From: a virus
Taxonomy: Duplodnaviria; Caudoviricetes
IMG/VR virus record: IMGVR_UViG_3300012952_000024
Location: 1-61,751 of that record
Strand: one strand, 5' to 3'
DNA: 61,751 bases
Shown piece by piece: positions 8,145-17,919 of this stretch. A program made the position numbers and the translations under genes. The first letter of the stretch is position 1. The number at the start of each line of letters is the position of its first letter. The notes beneath the pieces were generated by a model. The model was not told where the DNA came from, searched no databases, and was given only the letters and a program-made list of their open reading frames with translations.

Positions 8145-10198
8145 TGAAAAAGAAAATATTAGTCAAAGGCCCAGCAATGTCCCTTTCGGGATATGGGGAA
8201 CAGTGCAGATTTGCATTAAGAGCGCTTAGAGCATATGAAGATTTGTTTGATATATACATTATCAATATTTCTTGGGGACAGACTGGCTTTATAGTGGAAG
8301 ACACTCCAGAGCGCCGCTGGATCGACGAAAAGCTTAAAAAGACTGTGGAATATGCCCAAAGTGGCGGTTCGTATGATATATCACTGCAAGTTACAATTCC
8401 GAACGAATTTGAAAAAATTGCACCATACAATATTGGATACACTGCAGGGATTGAGACAAACAAAATATCGCCGGATTGGGTGAAGAAATGTCACGAAATT
8501 GACAAACTTATAGTTGTTTCTAATCATGCAAAATATGGGTTTGATAATACACAATATGAGGCAGTTGATACTCGGACGGGCGAAACTATAATGGTGAAAT
8601 CTCCAGCCCCAGTCGATGTGGTTAATTATGCGATTCGCACATTTGAGCCCCAGAAATTAGATTTGCAGTTAGATACAGAGTTTAACTTCTTAACTATGGC
8701 TCAGTGGGGCCCCAGAAAGAATCTAGATAATACGATTAATTGGTTTGTAGAAGAGTTTCACGATGAAGAGGTGGGATTAGTAGTAAAAACTTTTCAAAAG
8801 ACAAATTCGCACATTGATCAAGTATATACGGAAGAGAAATTCAAAGTACTTTTGTCAAAATATCCAAATAGAAAATGTTCGATCTACTTTTTGCACGGCT
8901 CGCTTTCAAATGAGGAATTGGCCGGCCTATACTCGAATGAAAATATCAAAGCGTTTGTGAATCTCTCTCATGGAGAAGGTTTTGGCCTACCAATGTTTGA
9001 AGCAGCACAACACACATTGCCTGTAATCGCACCGGCCTGGAGTGGACATTGTGACTTTTTGTATGGAAATGTGAAAAACAAGAAAACAAAAAGAATTCGC
9101 AAAAGGCCTCTATTCGCAAAGGTTGATTACGCGATGAGTCAAGTACAGCCTGACGCAGTCTGGCGTTCGGTAATAGAGCCGGACTCTATGTGGTGCTACC
9201 CGACAGAAAGGGGTTATAAAACAACGCTTCGAAAAGTCTATTCCGAGTACGATAAGTATTTAGGCATGGCTCGAAAGCTCAAGAAGCACATTGATGTCAC
9301 TTTTACGGAAGAAAGTCAATTTAAACAGTTTGCAGAAGCAGTACTAAACACTGAAATAGTAACAGTCAATGCTAGCGATCTTCCCAAGGTATCAATTATA
9401 ACTTCAGTATATGACGGAGATGACTTTATTGAACCATTTTTAGAAGATATTACAAGCCAAACAATATTTCCTAACTGTGAGTTGATTTTAATAAATCCCA
9501 ATTCTCCCGGAAACGAAGGGTCTATTATCGAAAAATACATGAAGAAATACGATAATATTATTTATAAAACACTGGACGAAGACCCGGGAATTTACGGTAC
9601 ATGGAATGAGGCGCTTAAATTAGCAACGGGCGAGTATATTACAAACGCAAACCTAGATGATCGTAAGGCTCGACACTCTATAGAAGAGCATGCTAAGCAC
9701 TTATATCTTAATCCCGAAGTTGGATTAGTATATGCCGATTCATATATCACAAACAACGCAAACGAGACTTATGAGGAGAACACCAGTAACAATAGACGCT
9801 ATAATTTCGAACAATTTTCTCAAGAGGCGATGTTGAGAGGAAACCAACCCCACAACAATCCAATGTGGCGGAAAGAACTACACGACAAACACGGATTATT
9901 TAACGATAAGTATAGATCCGCAGGAGATTGGGAATTTTTCCTTCGTTGTGCCTTTGCCGGCGAGACTTTTCTTAAGATCAATGATGTCTTGGGGCTGTAT
10001 TATTTCAATCCCAAGGGCATATCAACGAATTTTGAGAACTTTTCTTGGAAACAGGAAGAGGAAAACGAAATATATACAAAATATCACCAAATACACCAAG
10101 ATAAGGCGGATACCACAGATGAAAGTGCTATCTTACAGTCTATTTCAGCCGAAAATGCTACCGCAGCATCGAAACCACGACAAACACAAGGCCGATAA
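8144..10198 (+). CDS. bifunctional glycosyltransferase (GT4-like plus GT2-like fusion)
   Basis: N-terminal half: 'SGYGEQ', 'PRKN', 'SHGEGFGLPMFEAA'. C-terminal half: 'PKVSIITSVY', 'GIYGTWNEALKLATGEYITNANLDD', 'AGDWEFFLR'. TAATG coupling with the upstream gene. Confidence 0.88.
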   Translation: MKKKILVKGPAMSLSGYGEQCRFALRALRAYEDLFDIYIINISWGQTGFIVEDTPERRWIDEKLKKTVEYAQSGGSYDISLQVTIPNEFEKIAPYNIGYTAGIETNKISPDWVKKCHEIDKLIVVSNHAKYGFDNTQYEAVDTRTGETIMVKSPAPVDVVNYAIRTFEPQKLDLQLDTEFNFLTMAQWGPRKNLDNTINWFVEEFHDEEVGLVVKTFQKTNSHIDQVYTEEKFKVLLSKYPNRKCSIYFLHGSLSNEELAGLYSNENIKAFVNLSHGEGFGLPMFEAAQHTLPVIAPAWSGHCDFLYGNVKNKKTKRIRKRPLFAKVDYAMSQVQPDAVWRSVIEPDSMWCYPTERGYKTTLRKVYSEYDKYLGMARKLKKHIDVTFTEESQFKQFAEAVLNTEIVTVNASDLPKVSIITSVYDGDDFIEPFLEDITSQTIFPNCELILINPNSPGNEGSIIEKYMKKYDNIIYKTLDEDPGIYGTWNEALKLATGEYITNANLDDRKARHSIEEHAKHLYLNPEVGLVYADSYITNNANETYEENTSNNRRYNFEQFSQEAMLRGNQPHNNPMWRKELHDKHGLFNDKYRSAGDWEFFLRCAFAGETFLKINDVLGLYYFNPKGISTNFENFSWKQEEENEIYTKYHQIHQDKADTTDESAILQSISAENATAASKPRQTQGR

Positions 10199-10991
10199 AG
10201 AGAGATACTGGTATAATATACCAGCTACAGTGCTAACAAACTGGATCTTATACCCAGAACACGAAAACTGGCTCTATATAACTCCAAATATCGTTCAACA
10301 CCGCCTCTTTCCACTGATCGAGGCCCTCTCAAAGTACCAAAATTTCTCATATAACATTGTTGATATGGAATACGCCGGCACAGAGCCGGCTATTTGGCGT
10401 ATGATGCCTTTATGGCAGCGCGGAGTAGATTTTCTGCACACTAGAGACATAGATTCGGTCCCTACAGAAATAGAATATCGATTTACAAGAGTGTTTGAGA
10501 GTTCACAATGCTCTATCGGCACTTTGCGTACCCACCAGAACCACTATGGCATAAAGTGTCGAATGTTGGCCGGATTATCGAGCTTTAAGCCTCAAAAAGT
10601 GCCATTTTGTATGAAATATGATAGTTTTTACACTTATTACGCGATGAAGCACGAAAATTACGGTTCAGACCAAGATTTGATGATTCAACAGTTTACAAAC
10701 AGTCCAGAATTCACAAAAAGTCAATTTTTTGATCATAAAGCGTATAATCAAGCAAATTCTCAAGATTTTCCGTGTATTGAGGCTACAGAAGAAGAATTAT
10801 CACATATAAGCCTGAATAATGAACAAAAAATGGTATTTTCACTTCAAAAAGAGTGCAACTTAGACAATTGGGCCGGCGAACCAGTAGATGCCAGAGGAAA
10901 ATACACAAAACACCTTTTAAATCGATATCCCAATATAAAAAACGATATTTTGCAAAATAGTGAGCTAAAAAGCTTCTATGGAGTACAATGA
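10119..10991 (+). CDS. putative GT-A-like glycosyltransferase, paralog of 11785-12453
   Basis: 'KVLSYSLF', 'AIWRMMPL', 'TRDIDS' (DxD), 'LRTH..H', 'MLAGL', 'GSDQDLM' align with the 11785 protein. Confidence 0.55.
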   Translation: MKVLSYSLFQPKMLPQHRNHDKHKADKERYWYNIPATVLTNWILYPEHENWLYITPNIVQHRLFPLIEALSKYQNFSYNIVDMEYAGTEPAIWRMMPLWQRGVDFLHTRDIDSVPTEIEYRFTRVFESSQCSIGTLRTHQNHYGIKCRMLAGLSSFKPQKVPFCMKYDSFYTYYAMKHENYGSDQDLMIQQFTNSPEFTKSQFFDHKAYNQANSQDFPCIEATEEELSHISLNNEQKMVFSLQKECNLDNWAGEPVDARGKYTKHLLNRYPNIKNDILQNSELKSFYGVQ

Positions 10992-11788
10992 AAATTTATA
11001 GAGGAAAAAAGACACCAGAACACAAGGGTGACACATCTAGAGAATTGTTAGACATGTGGCAAGAATCGGGCTATTGTGAAATTGTTGATGGTGAAACTGA
11101 AGATGTTTTTATCTGGGCAAATTCTCCGGGCGATGTTCTGTTATATGAGTATGACCGATATGATGTGTACCCACATCTTCCCGGACAATGGAAGCATGCT
11201 CTTTTTGGAGGTATGCAGCATCGTTGGCCAAATGCTCACGCATGGATATATTGGGGTCGACACCCTCGAAAATTAGAAGCAAAAATTGAAAGCGGAATTA
11301 AGTCTTATGAAGACCGAGAAATCGAATCTATATTTTTAGGCAAAGTTGAAAACAATGTACAATTGGCCAATCGCACTGGTCACGAGTGGTACGAGGCTGT
11401 GGAGATGTTTAGTATGCCCATTGCCATGGGGGATAGTTTTCGATGGCCCTATACACAAGATGAATACTTAGAAAAAGTAGCTAGTACGAAATTCGGCCTC
11501 TGTTTGCCTGGATACGGACCGAAATGCAATAGAGAGATTGAATATCTCGGTTTAGGCGTTGTACCAGTGATAACAGAGGGCGTCTGTACGGCCTACCACG
11601 ACCCTCTGATTGAGGAAATGCACTACTTGCGCGCCGAGACTCCCGAAGCCGCTCAGAAGGCTATTACAAGCTGTTCTATAGCTAAGTGGGAGTTTATGTC
11701 CCACAACGGAAGAGCGTGGTATGAGAGAAACTGCTCTCGTTTAGGCTCTTTTGAGACAACTAAAAGAATTGTGGAGAGTTTAAAATGA
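10988..11788 (+). CDS. exostosin/GT47-like glycosyltransferase
   Basis: C-terminal 'YLEKVASTKFGLCLPGYGPKCNREIEYLGLGVVPVI' resembles the exostosin motif. Confidence 0.6.
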   Translation: MKIYRGKKTPEHKGDTSRELLDMWQESGYCEIVDGETEDVFIWANSPGDVLLYEYDRYDVYPHLPGQWKHALFGGMQHRWPNAHAWIYWGRHPRKLEAKIESGIKSYEDREIESIFLGKVENNVQLANRTGHEWYEAVEMFSMPIAMGDSFRWPYTQDEYLEKVASTKFGLCLPGYGPKCNREIEYLGLGVVPVITEGVCTAYHDPLIEEMHYLRAETPEAAQKAITSCSIAKWEFMSHNGRAWYERNCSRLGSFETTKRIVESLK

Positions 11789-12453
11789 AAAAAGTGGTTA
11801 GCTTTAGTCTATGGGGTTCAGATCCAAAGTATACTGTCGGCGCACTTAAAAATGCTCAATTGGCTTTAGAAGTATATCCGGGCTGGATTTGTAGATATTA
11901 TATTAGTAAGTGTGTCCCTATGGGCATTGTACAAAATCTAATAATGATGCCAAATACTGAAGTAATCGTCATGAATGAGCAAGGAGATTGGAACGGTTCT
12001 ATGTGGAGATTTATGGCTGCTTCGGATCCTACAGTCGAGATTATGATCTCACGCGATACCGACAGTCGACTAAACTTAAGAGAAAAAGCGGCCGTCGACG
12101 AGTGGTTATCTGGGGACAAGAATTTTCACATTATGCGAGATCACCCTGCGCACGATGCGGCTATTATGGCTGGAATGTGGGGAGTTCGAAACCGATTGCT
12201 TTTTAATATGGTAGACTTAATAAATCAATATCCAACGGGCGATTTTTGGCAAATTGATCAAAACTTCTTAAGAGATCAAATATACCCAGGCATCCGCGCG
12301 CATGCATGCGTGCACGATGAGTTTTTTGAAAAGAAGTCTTTTCCTGTGCAGCGCGAAGGTGGAAGCGACGAAGAGGGTAATCCTATGAACTTTGTAGGTC
12401 AAGTTTTTAATGAGCATGATGTTGATAGTCGCGAATGGTGGGAAGGGCGATGA
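11785..12453 (+). CDS. putative GT-A-like glycosyltransferase (uncharacterised family)
   Basis: 'VVSFSLWG', 'YPGWICRYY', 'MWRF', 'ISRDTDSR' (DxD), 'HIMRDHPAH', 'IMAGMWG', 'DQNFL'. Confidence 0.55.
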   Translation: MKKVVSFSLWGSDPKYTVGALKNAQLALEVYPGWICRYYISKCVPMGIVQNLIMMPNTEVIVMNEQGDWNGSMWRFMAASDPTVEIMISRDTDSRLNLREKAAVDEWLSGDKNFHIMRDHPAHDAAIMAGMWGVRNRLLFNMVDLINQYPTGDFWQIDQNFLRDQIYPGIRAHACVHDEFFEKKSFPVQREGGSDEEGNPMNFVGQVFNEHDVDSREWWEGR

Positions 12454-13322
12454 AGCTAAAAATTAACTTTGCGGACTTTTGGCCAAACTTCGTTCCGACA
12501 GACAATTACTTCTACCATCTCCTTTCGACAAAATATGATGTGAAAATAAGCGATAATCCAGACATTCTTTTCTATGCAGATTTCGGAACTTCACACAGAG
12601 CGCACAACCCCGGACAAAAGGTTTATTATACTGGCGAGAATAAAAGACCCAACTTCGATGAATGTGATTTTGCTTTTTCATTCGATTATTCAGATAATCC
12701 AAGAAATTATCGCCTGCCACTGTGGGTTCTATGGATTAACTGGTTTGGCGTCCCTCATTGTGATAAGAGAGATGTTTCATATTTGACTCCATTGAACAAT
12801 TTAATTGGTCCGCGAAAAGCAAGTGACAAGTCCAAGTTTTGTAATTTTATTTTCTCTAACCACACAGGTCTTCGAGTTCCGCTGTTTAACGAAATATCTA
12901 TGTACAACAGAGTAGATTCAGCAGGCTCTCTAATGAACAACATGGGTCAGAGAATTCCGGGCCGCGGCGACCAGAAGCCTAAAGTCGATTTTATATCAGA
13001 CTATCGATTTACAATCGCGGCAGAGAACTCTTCATATCCGGGGTATACGACCGAGAAATTGTTACATCCCTTATCAATAGGGAGTATACCAATCTATTGG
13101 GGATCCCCAGTAGCTAGCTTAGATTTTAATAGTGAAGCATTCATCAATGTACATGATTTTGATGATTTGGAAGAAGTCGTTGATTTAATTGAGGAGATCG
13201 AACACGATGAGGTCTTGTATAAAAATTATGTCACAGCCCCAGTGTTTTCGGAAAACAAGATACCGGACCTTGTCCGACCCGAATCTGTGGTTAAATTTTT
13301 CGAAGAGAAGATATTGTGTTAA
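12450..13322 (+). CDS. GT10 alpha-1,3/4-fucosyltransferase-like
   Basis: 'YTGENKRPNF', 'YRLPLW', 'KFCNFIFSN', and the GT10 motif 'YRFTIAAENSSYPGYTTEKL..SIPIYWG'. Confidence 0.9.
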   Translation: MKLKINFADFWPNFVPTDNYFYHLLSTKYDVKISDNPDILFYADFGTSHRAHNPGQKVYYTGENKRPNFDECDFAFSFDYSDNPRNYRLPLWVLWINWFGVPHCDKRDVSYLTPLNNLIGPRKASDKSKFCNFIFSNHTGLRVPLFNEISMYNRVDSAGSLMNNMGQRIPGRGDQKPKVDFISDYRFTIAAENSSYPGYTTEKLLHPLSIGSIPIYWGSPVASLDFNSEAFINVHDFDDLEEVVDLIEEIEHDEVLYKNYVTAPVFSENKIPDLVRPESVVKFFEEKILC

Positions 13323-13993
13323 TGGTCAACAAAGTTTATGTGGCTCACTACACTCCTCTGGAAAGTAGAAAGGAATCGTTGATTTCTAAACTTGACAGTT
13401 TTGGAGTTCAGGCTGTCTGGGTAGAGGACGAGCCAACACGACAAGACATAGACAATCTACATACAAATACACCTATTTTGTGGAACCATAAATTACAAAA
13501 TTTAGATTATGGTGGGTCCATCCCACACAAACAATTAACCAGATCTGAGTTGTCCATAGCTTTCAAACATCTTAAAATATATGAGGATATCGTTAAGAAC
13601 GGCATACAGACAGCTTTAGTTTTAGAAGATGATGTTGTATTCGAAGAAGACTTTGTTAATAAGTTTAATTTTAACCTTATGAACACTCCAAACGATTGGG
13701 ATCTTATCTTTATAGGATCCGGCTGTGATTTGAGAATTCCGCCAAATAGGGTAATTTCGGGTAAAATAGCATATAAAAAAGAACACCCCGCAAGCAAGTG
13801 TGCAGATTCATACTTAATAAATCTTTCTGCATCTGATAGAATATTAAACACGATTATTCCGTTCACATTACCAATTGACTTTGAAATAAACCATCACATG
13901 CGAATACATGATATGTCTGTTTATTGGTGGGAACCGCCGGTAATAACGCAAGGATCCCAATGCGGGCTATACATCAGCGAGATTATAAAATGA
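13322..13993 (+). CDS. GT25 glycosyltransferase
   Basis: 'SELSIAFKHLKIYEDIV..ALVLEDDVVF', 'DWDLIFIG', 'SYLIN', 'PIDF'. Confidence 0.85.
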   Translation: MVNKVYVAHYTPLESRKESLISKLDSFGVQAVWVEDEPTRQDIDNLHTNTPILWNHKLQNLDYGGSIPHKQLTRSELSIAFKHLKIYEDIVKNGIQTALVLEDDVVFEEDFVNKFNFNLMNTPNDWDLIFIGSGCDLRIPPNRVISGKIAYKKEHPASKCADSYLINLSASDRILNTIIPFTLPIDFEINHHMRIHDMSVYWWEPPVITQGSQCGLYISEIIK

Positions 13994-14973
13994 AAATAGC
14001 ATTCTATTCCCCACATCTAGGTCTTCGTGGCACTGAAGTTACAATGTATGATTTTGCACATTATAACGAAGAGATACTACAAAACGAATCGATTATTTTA
14101 TACAACGACAACAATCCGGCCAATCATCCGACAGTGATAAAAAAATTTAATAAAAGATTTCCCGGAAAAGTTTTTGCACTAAAGGGGCCTGATTTTAATT
14201 TTGCATGGCAAGCTGAATACACAAATCCTCTTATGGATGAGATTCTAGAAGCTCAGAAGTGTGATGCAATATATATGCAAAAATTGGGCCTGAACGACGG
14301 AGTGGTATCTAGCGTATGTAAAACTCTTGTGCTATGCGCAGGAACACCCTGTGAACCTCATGGAGACAAATACGCATATATTTCTGACTGGCTGTCACAA
14401 AAAGCCTCTGGGGGTAAATACCCGGCAGTTCCAAGTATTGTTGATTTGCCGGATATAGATGGAGATTTTCGAGAATTGCTAAAGATTCCGAAAAGCGCAA
14501 TTGTATTTGGAAGAAGCGGAGGCATGGACACTTGGAGTATTCCGTGGGCCTCCCAAATTGTCAAAGAGACGGTCATGGCAAATGAAAATATATTTTTTAT
14601 ATTTCAAAACACTCCACAATTTTTTAATCACCCGAATATCAAATATCTTCCATCAACAGCTGACATGGAATTCAAAGTTAAATTTATTAACACATGTGAC
14701 GCCATGATACACGCAAGGACGGATGGAGAAAGCTTTGGTTTAAGCTGTGCGGAGTTTTCGATAAAAAACAAGCCCGTGATCACTTGGGCAAACTCTTCAG
14801 ATAGGAATCATATCGAAGTGTTGGCAGATAAGGGGATCTATTATTCAACTCCACAGGAGTTAAGAGAGGTATTCCAAACCTTTACGCCACAACCAGAAAA
14901 AGACTGGAATGCATATAAAAGATTTAACCCTAAGGATATAATGCAGATTTTTAAGGAGGTGTTTTTAACATGA
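13990..14973 (+). CDS. glycosyltransferase, GT-B fold
   Basis: 'LRGTEVTMYDFAHYNE', 'VFGRSGG', 'FINTCDAMIHARTDGESFGLSCAEF..KPVIT'. Confidence 0.8.
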   Translation: MKIAFYSPHLGLRGTEVTMYDFAHYNEEILQNESIILYNDNNPANHPTVIKKFNKRFPGKVFALKGPDFNFAWQAEYTNPLMDEILEAQKCDAIYMQKLGLNDGVVSSVCKTLVLCAGTPCEPHGDKYAYISDWLSQKASGGKYPAVPSIVDLPDIDGDFRELLKIPKSAIVFGRSGGMDTWSIPWASQIVKETVMANENIFFIFQNTPQFFNHPNIKYLPSTADMEFKVKFINTCDAMIHARTDGESFGLSCAEFSIKNKPVITWANSSDRNHIEVLADKGIYYSTPQELREVFQTFTPQPEKDWNAYKRFNPKDIMQIFKEVFLT

Positions 14974-15905
14974 TCGTAACAAAGTGTCCACTTAGAGTAT
15001 CCTTGGCTGGAGGCTCTACTGATTTGCAAGACTTTATTGACAACAATCCTTACGGCGCCGTCATAAGCTTCCCTTCAACACTTTACACTTATATAACTTT
15101 GCACGAAAACAATCGTGAAAAGTATATTATTGATTATACGAGTAGAGAAGAAGTCTCGTGTCCAACACAAATTAAAAATGATGTAGCGAGAGAGGTGCTT
15201 AGCGAATATAAGCTTCCACCAGTAACAATCACATTCAATACTGATGCGCATGCTAGCGGAACAGGATTGGCAAGTTCTTCCTCATATCTCATTTCATTAA
15301 TCAAAGCTGTCACGATGTTTAAGAACATAACAATATCTAATTTTGAAATATGTAAAAAAGCCTTAGAGTTAGAAAGGCGATTCAATCCACTTACAGGGTA
15401 TCAGGATCCTTATGGATGCGGAATTGGCTCGTTCAAAAAGATTATATTTAAAAAAAATCAAGACCCAATAATAAAGTTTTTAGACCAACAATTGTTTGAT
15501 GAAGTTGAAATGTATCTTATATACACCCATTCTCAGACAAACTCTACGAAAGCGTTAGAAAAGACCACGGGCACAGACAGGAGGGGACTGCTACCCGTTG
15601 TAGACAGTATGGAATCAGCAATATCAAAAAAAAGCTTGCACGAACTCACAGAACTTGTTAAGTTAGGATGGAGACAAAAAAAGAAAATAACACCGCATGT
15701 TGTAGAAGACAAAAGTATCCAAGATATTGACAAGGCACTGGAGAACGACAAAGAGATCATAGCACATCGTCTTTGCGGCGCCGGCAATCGAGGATACTTC
15801 TTAGTGTTATCCGAAAAGAATGCCTACATGCCAGTAGCGCTGAGCGTAGAAAACGCAATTAAGATAGGGATATGTCAAAACGGAGTAACGGGAGTAAAAA
15901 TATGA
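14970..15905 (+). CDS. hddA: GHMP kinase, D-glycero-D-manno-heptose-7-phosphate kinase-like
   Basis: 'PLRVSLAGGSTD', 'GTGLASSSS', 'GYQDPY', 'LCGAGNRGY'. Lies near a gmhA-like gene. Confidence 0.8.
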   Translation: MIVTKCPLRVSLAGGSTDLQDFIDNNPYGAVISFPSTLYTYITLHENNREKYIIDYTSREEVSCPTQIKNDVAREVLSEYKLPPVTITFNTDAHASGTGLASSSSYLISLIKAVTMFKNITISNFEICKKALELERRFNPLTGYQDPYGCGIGSFKKIIFKKNQDPIIKFLDQQLFDEVEMYLIYTHSQTNSTKALEKTTGTDRRGLLPVVDSMESAISKKSLHELTELVKLGWRQKKKITPHVVEDKSIQDIDKALENDKEIIAHRLCGAGNRGYFLVLSEKNAYMPVALSVENAIKIGICQNGVTGVKI

Positions 15906-16663
15906 AGATTAAAATAATGACTAAATATCCGATAGCAACAGCTTCGCCCGACTTCAAAATTCAGCAAGAAGAACTAATTCTTCCATGCTCCGCCGGCGAA
16001 GATAACAGCACAAGTCTAAAACTAATAGATAAGATAGGGGAACATTACGCAAAGACTATAGGCGTTGACAAAAATGACTTAAGATTGAACTGTCTAGACT
16101 TAGGCTGTGGTGGTGGCCAACTTATCGTCGACCTGAATAAACAGTCTTTTACAGATACTTGTATTGGACTAGATGGCATCGCCGGAACAATAGGGTGGCC
16201 AAATTGGCTAACATACCCTAATAACTTTTACAATGTAGACTTATCTAAAGAATATACGATCCTTAATGCTCAGACATCAGAACCGATGCAATTTGATCTA
16301 ATAACCTCATGGGAGATGATAGAACACTTGCACCCACAAGATATAGACATATTTTTTAAAACTCTACACAAACATCTTTCACCGACAGGAATGTTCATAG
16401 GCAGTATTGCAATGTTTCCGGATACTAGAGATACTAATGGATTTTATGAAGGTCATCCGCATCATGATCCAACGACAGAGCAATTTGTCTTACATCAAAC
16501 AGTCATGAGTCGAGAAGAATGGAGAGAGACTCTCAAAGACTACAATTTACACGAATACCCATTTAAAGACTCTCGATACAAATGTGGTTATCTCGCAACT
16601 CGCGATCACCCAGATAGTCCAACAGGATTGTTGGGTTCCTTTTATTTGATGATTACGAAATGA
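15902..16663 (+). CDS. class I SAM-dependent methyltransferase
   Basis: 'LDLGCGGG', 'IGLDG', 'FDLITSWEMIEHL', 'LSPTGMF'. Confidence 0.85.
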   Translation: MKIKIMTKYPIATASPDFKIQQEELILPCSAGEDNSTSLKLIDKIGEHYAKTIGVDKNDLRLNCLDLGCGGGQLIVDLNKQSFTDTCIGLDGIAGTIGWPNWLTYPNNFYNVDLSKEYTILNAQTSEPMQFDLITSWEMIEHLHPQDIDIFFKTLHKHLSPTGMFIGSIAMFPDTRDTNGFYEGHPHHDPTTEQFVLHQTVMSREEWRETLKDYNLHEYPFKDSRYKCGYLATRDHPDSPTGLLGSFYLMITK

Positions 16664-17175
16664 ATTTAGAAAAATTAAAAGAAGAAATCGATAAGATACA
16701 TGCAGAAGATCTTTCATACTTATATGATATGGTTATGACAGCAGATCAGGTTATTATAATTGGAAATGGAGGAAGTAACTCAATTGCTTCGCATACCGCC
16801 CAAGATTATACAAAACAACTGGGAGTCCCTTCCTATACTTTTTCTGATCCCTCTAGATTGACCTGCTATATTAACGATTATGGGATGGAGCAAGCATATG
16901 TTCAGTTTTTAACCGAGTTTACCGCTTCGTGTAATCTCGGTTCTTCTACTTTCGTGGTGTTGATATCATCCTCCGGCGCTTCTGAAAATATAATTAATTG
17001 CGCAAAGTATTGCCGCGCCGTCAACATTCCATATGCGATTTTAACAGGATTTCAAGAATCCAATCCGCTCAAAGTTGAACACGAAGACAGCGCAAAGTTA
17101 AGTTTTTGGGTAGACTCTACTGATTACGGCATTGTTGAAATAACACATCAAATTATATTACATTCAATATTATGA
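16660..17175 (+). CDS. gmhA: SIS-domain phosphoheptose isomerase
   Basis: 'IIGNGGSNSIASHTAQD', 'TCYINDYG', 'ISSSGASENII', 'YGIVEITHQIILH'. Confidence 0.8.
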   Translation: MNLEKLKEEIDKIHAEDLSYLYDMVMTADQVIIIGNGGSNSIASHTAQDYTKQLGVPSYTFSDPSRLTCYINDYGMEQAYVQFLTEFTASCNLGSSTFVVLISSSGASENIINCAKYCRAVNIPYAILTGFQESNPLKVEHEDSAKLSFWVDSTDYGIVEITHQIILHSIL

Positions 17176-17600
17176 GCGAAGAAAAGATAACAGGATTTAT
17201 TGCTGGCGCCTTTGATGTCATACATCCGGGCTATATTCACATGCTAAACGAAGCAAGAAAGCATTGCAATTATCTGATTATTGGCCTACACGAAGATCCT
17301 AGCTTGGCAAGGAAAAATAAACTTAAGCCAATATTAACAATAGAAGAAAGAAAAGAAATATTATTTTCGCTAAAACATGTTAATGCGGTAATAGTTTACA
17401 AAACCGAAGAAGATCTTTATAATATATTAAGGCATGTAGAAATTGACATAAGATTTCTAGGAACAGATTATGAAGAATCTGAATTTACAGGCAACGAGTT
17501 ACCTATTCCGATACATTTTGTAGAGCGCGATCATGAATGGTCGACTACAAAGTTTAAAAGACTTGTTGCCGAAAGTTGGACTAAAAATGAAGCTAAATAA
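17172..17600 (+). CDS. HxGH-class nucleotidyltransferase (TagD-like cytidylyltransferase)
   Basis: 'AGAFDVIHPGY', 'EERKEIL', 'FLGTDY', 'WSTTKFK'. Confidence 0.8.
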   Translation: MSEEKITGFIAGAFDVIHPGYIHMLNEARKHCNYLIIGLHEDPSLARKNKLKPILTIEERKEILFSLKHVNAVIVYKTEEDLYNILRHVEIDIRFLGTDYEESEFTGNELPIPIHFVERDHEWSTTKFKRLVAESWTKNEAK

Positions 17601-17919
17601 AAAAGTTATTTTTGTTGATATTGACGAGACTATTTGCTTTCATAATCACGGACATGCTCCGATTGGCAACAGAGATTATAGCGACATGTCTCCAAATTAT
17701 GAAAACATAGGCAAAATAAATAAATTGTTTGATGACGGTCATGAAATTGTATACTGGACTGCCCGTGGATGTAAGAGTGGAATTGACTGGTATGAATTCA
17801 CTGAAAAACAGTTAAAAAGCTGGGGAGTTAAATATCATAAGTTAAAGTGTGATAAGCCGTTTTACGATCTGTTTATAGAGGATAAAAGTTTGAGGATAGA
17901 GGAGGTTGAAGATGGATGA
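17587..17919 (+). CDS. small HAD-family phosphatase (capsule-biosynthesis/GmhB-role candidate)
   Basis: 'FVDIDETI' (DxD), 'YWTARG', 'KP.YDLFIEDK'. Confidence 0.75.
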   Translation: MKLNKKVIFVDIDETICFHNHGHAPIGNRDYSDMSPNYENIGKINKLFDDGHEIVYWTARGCKSGIDWYEFTEKQLKSWGVKYHKLKCDKPFYDLFIEDKSLRIEEVEDG

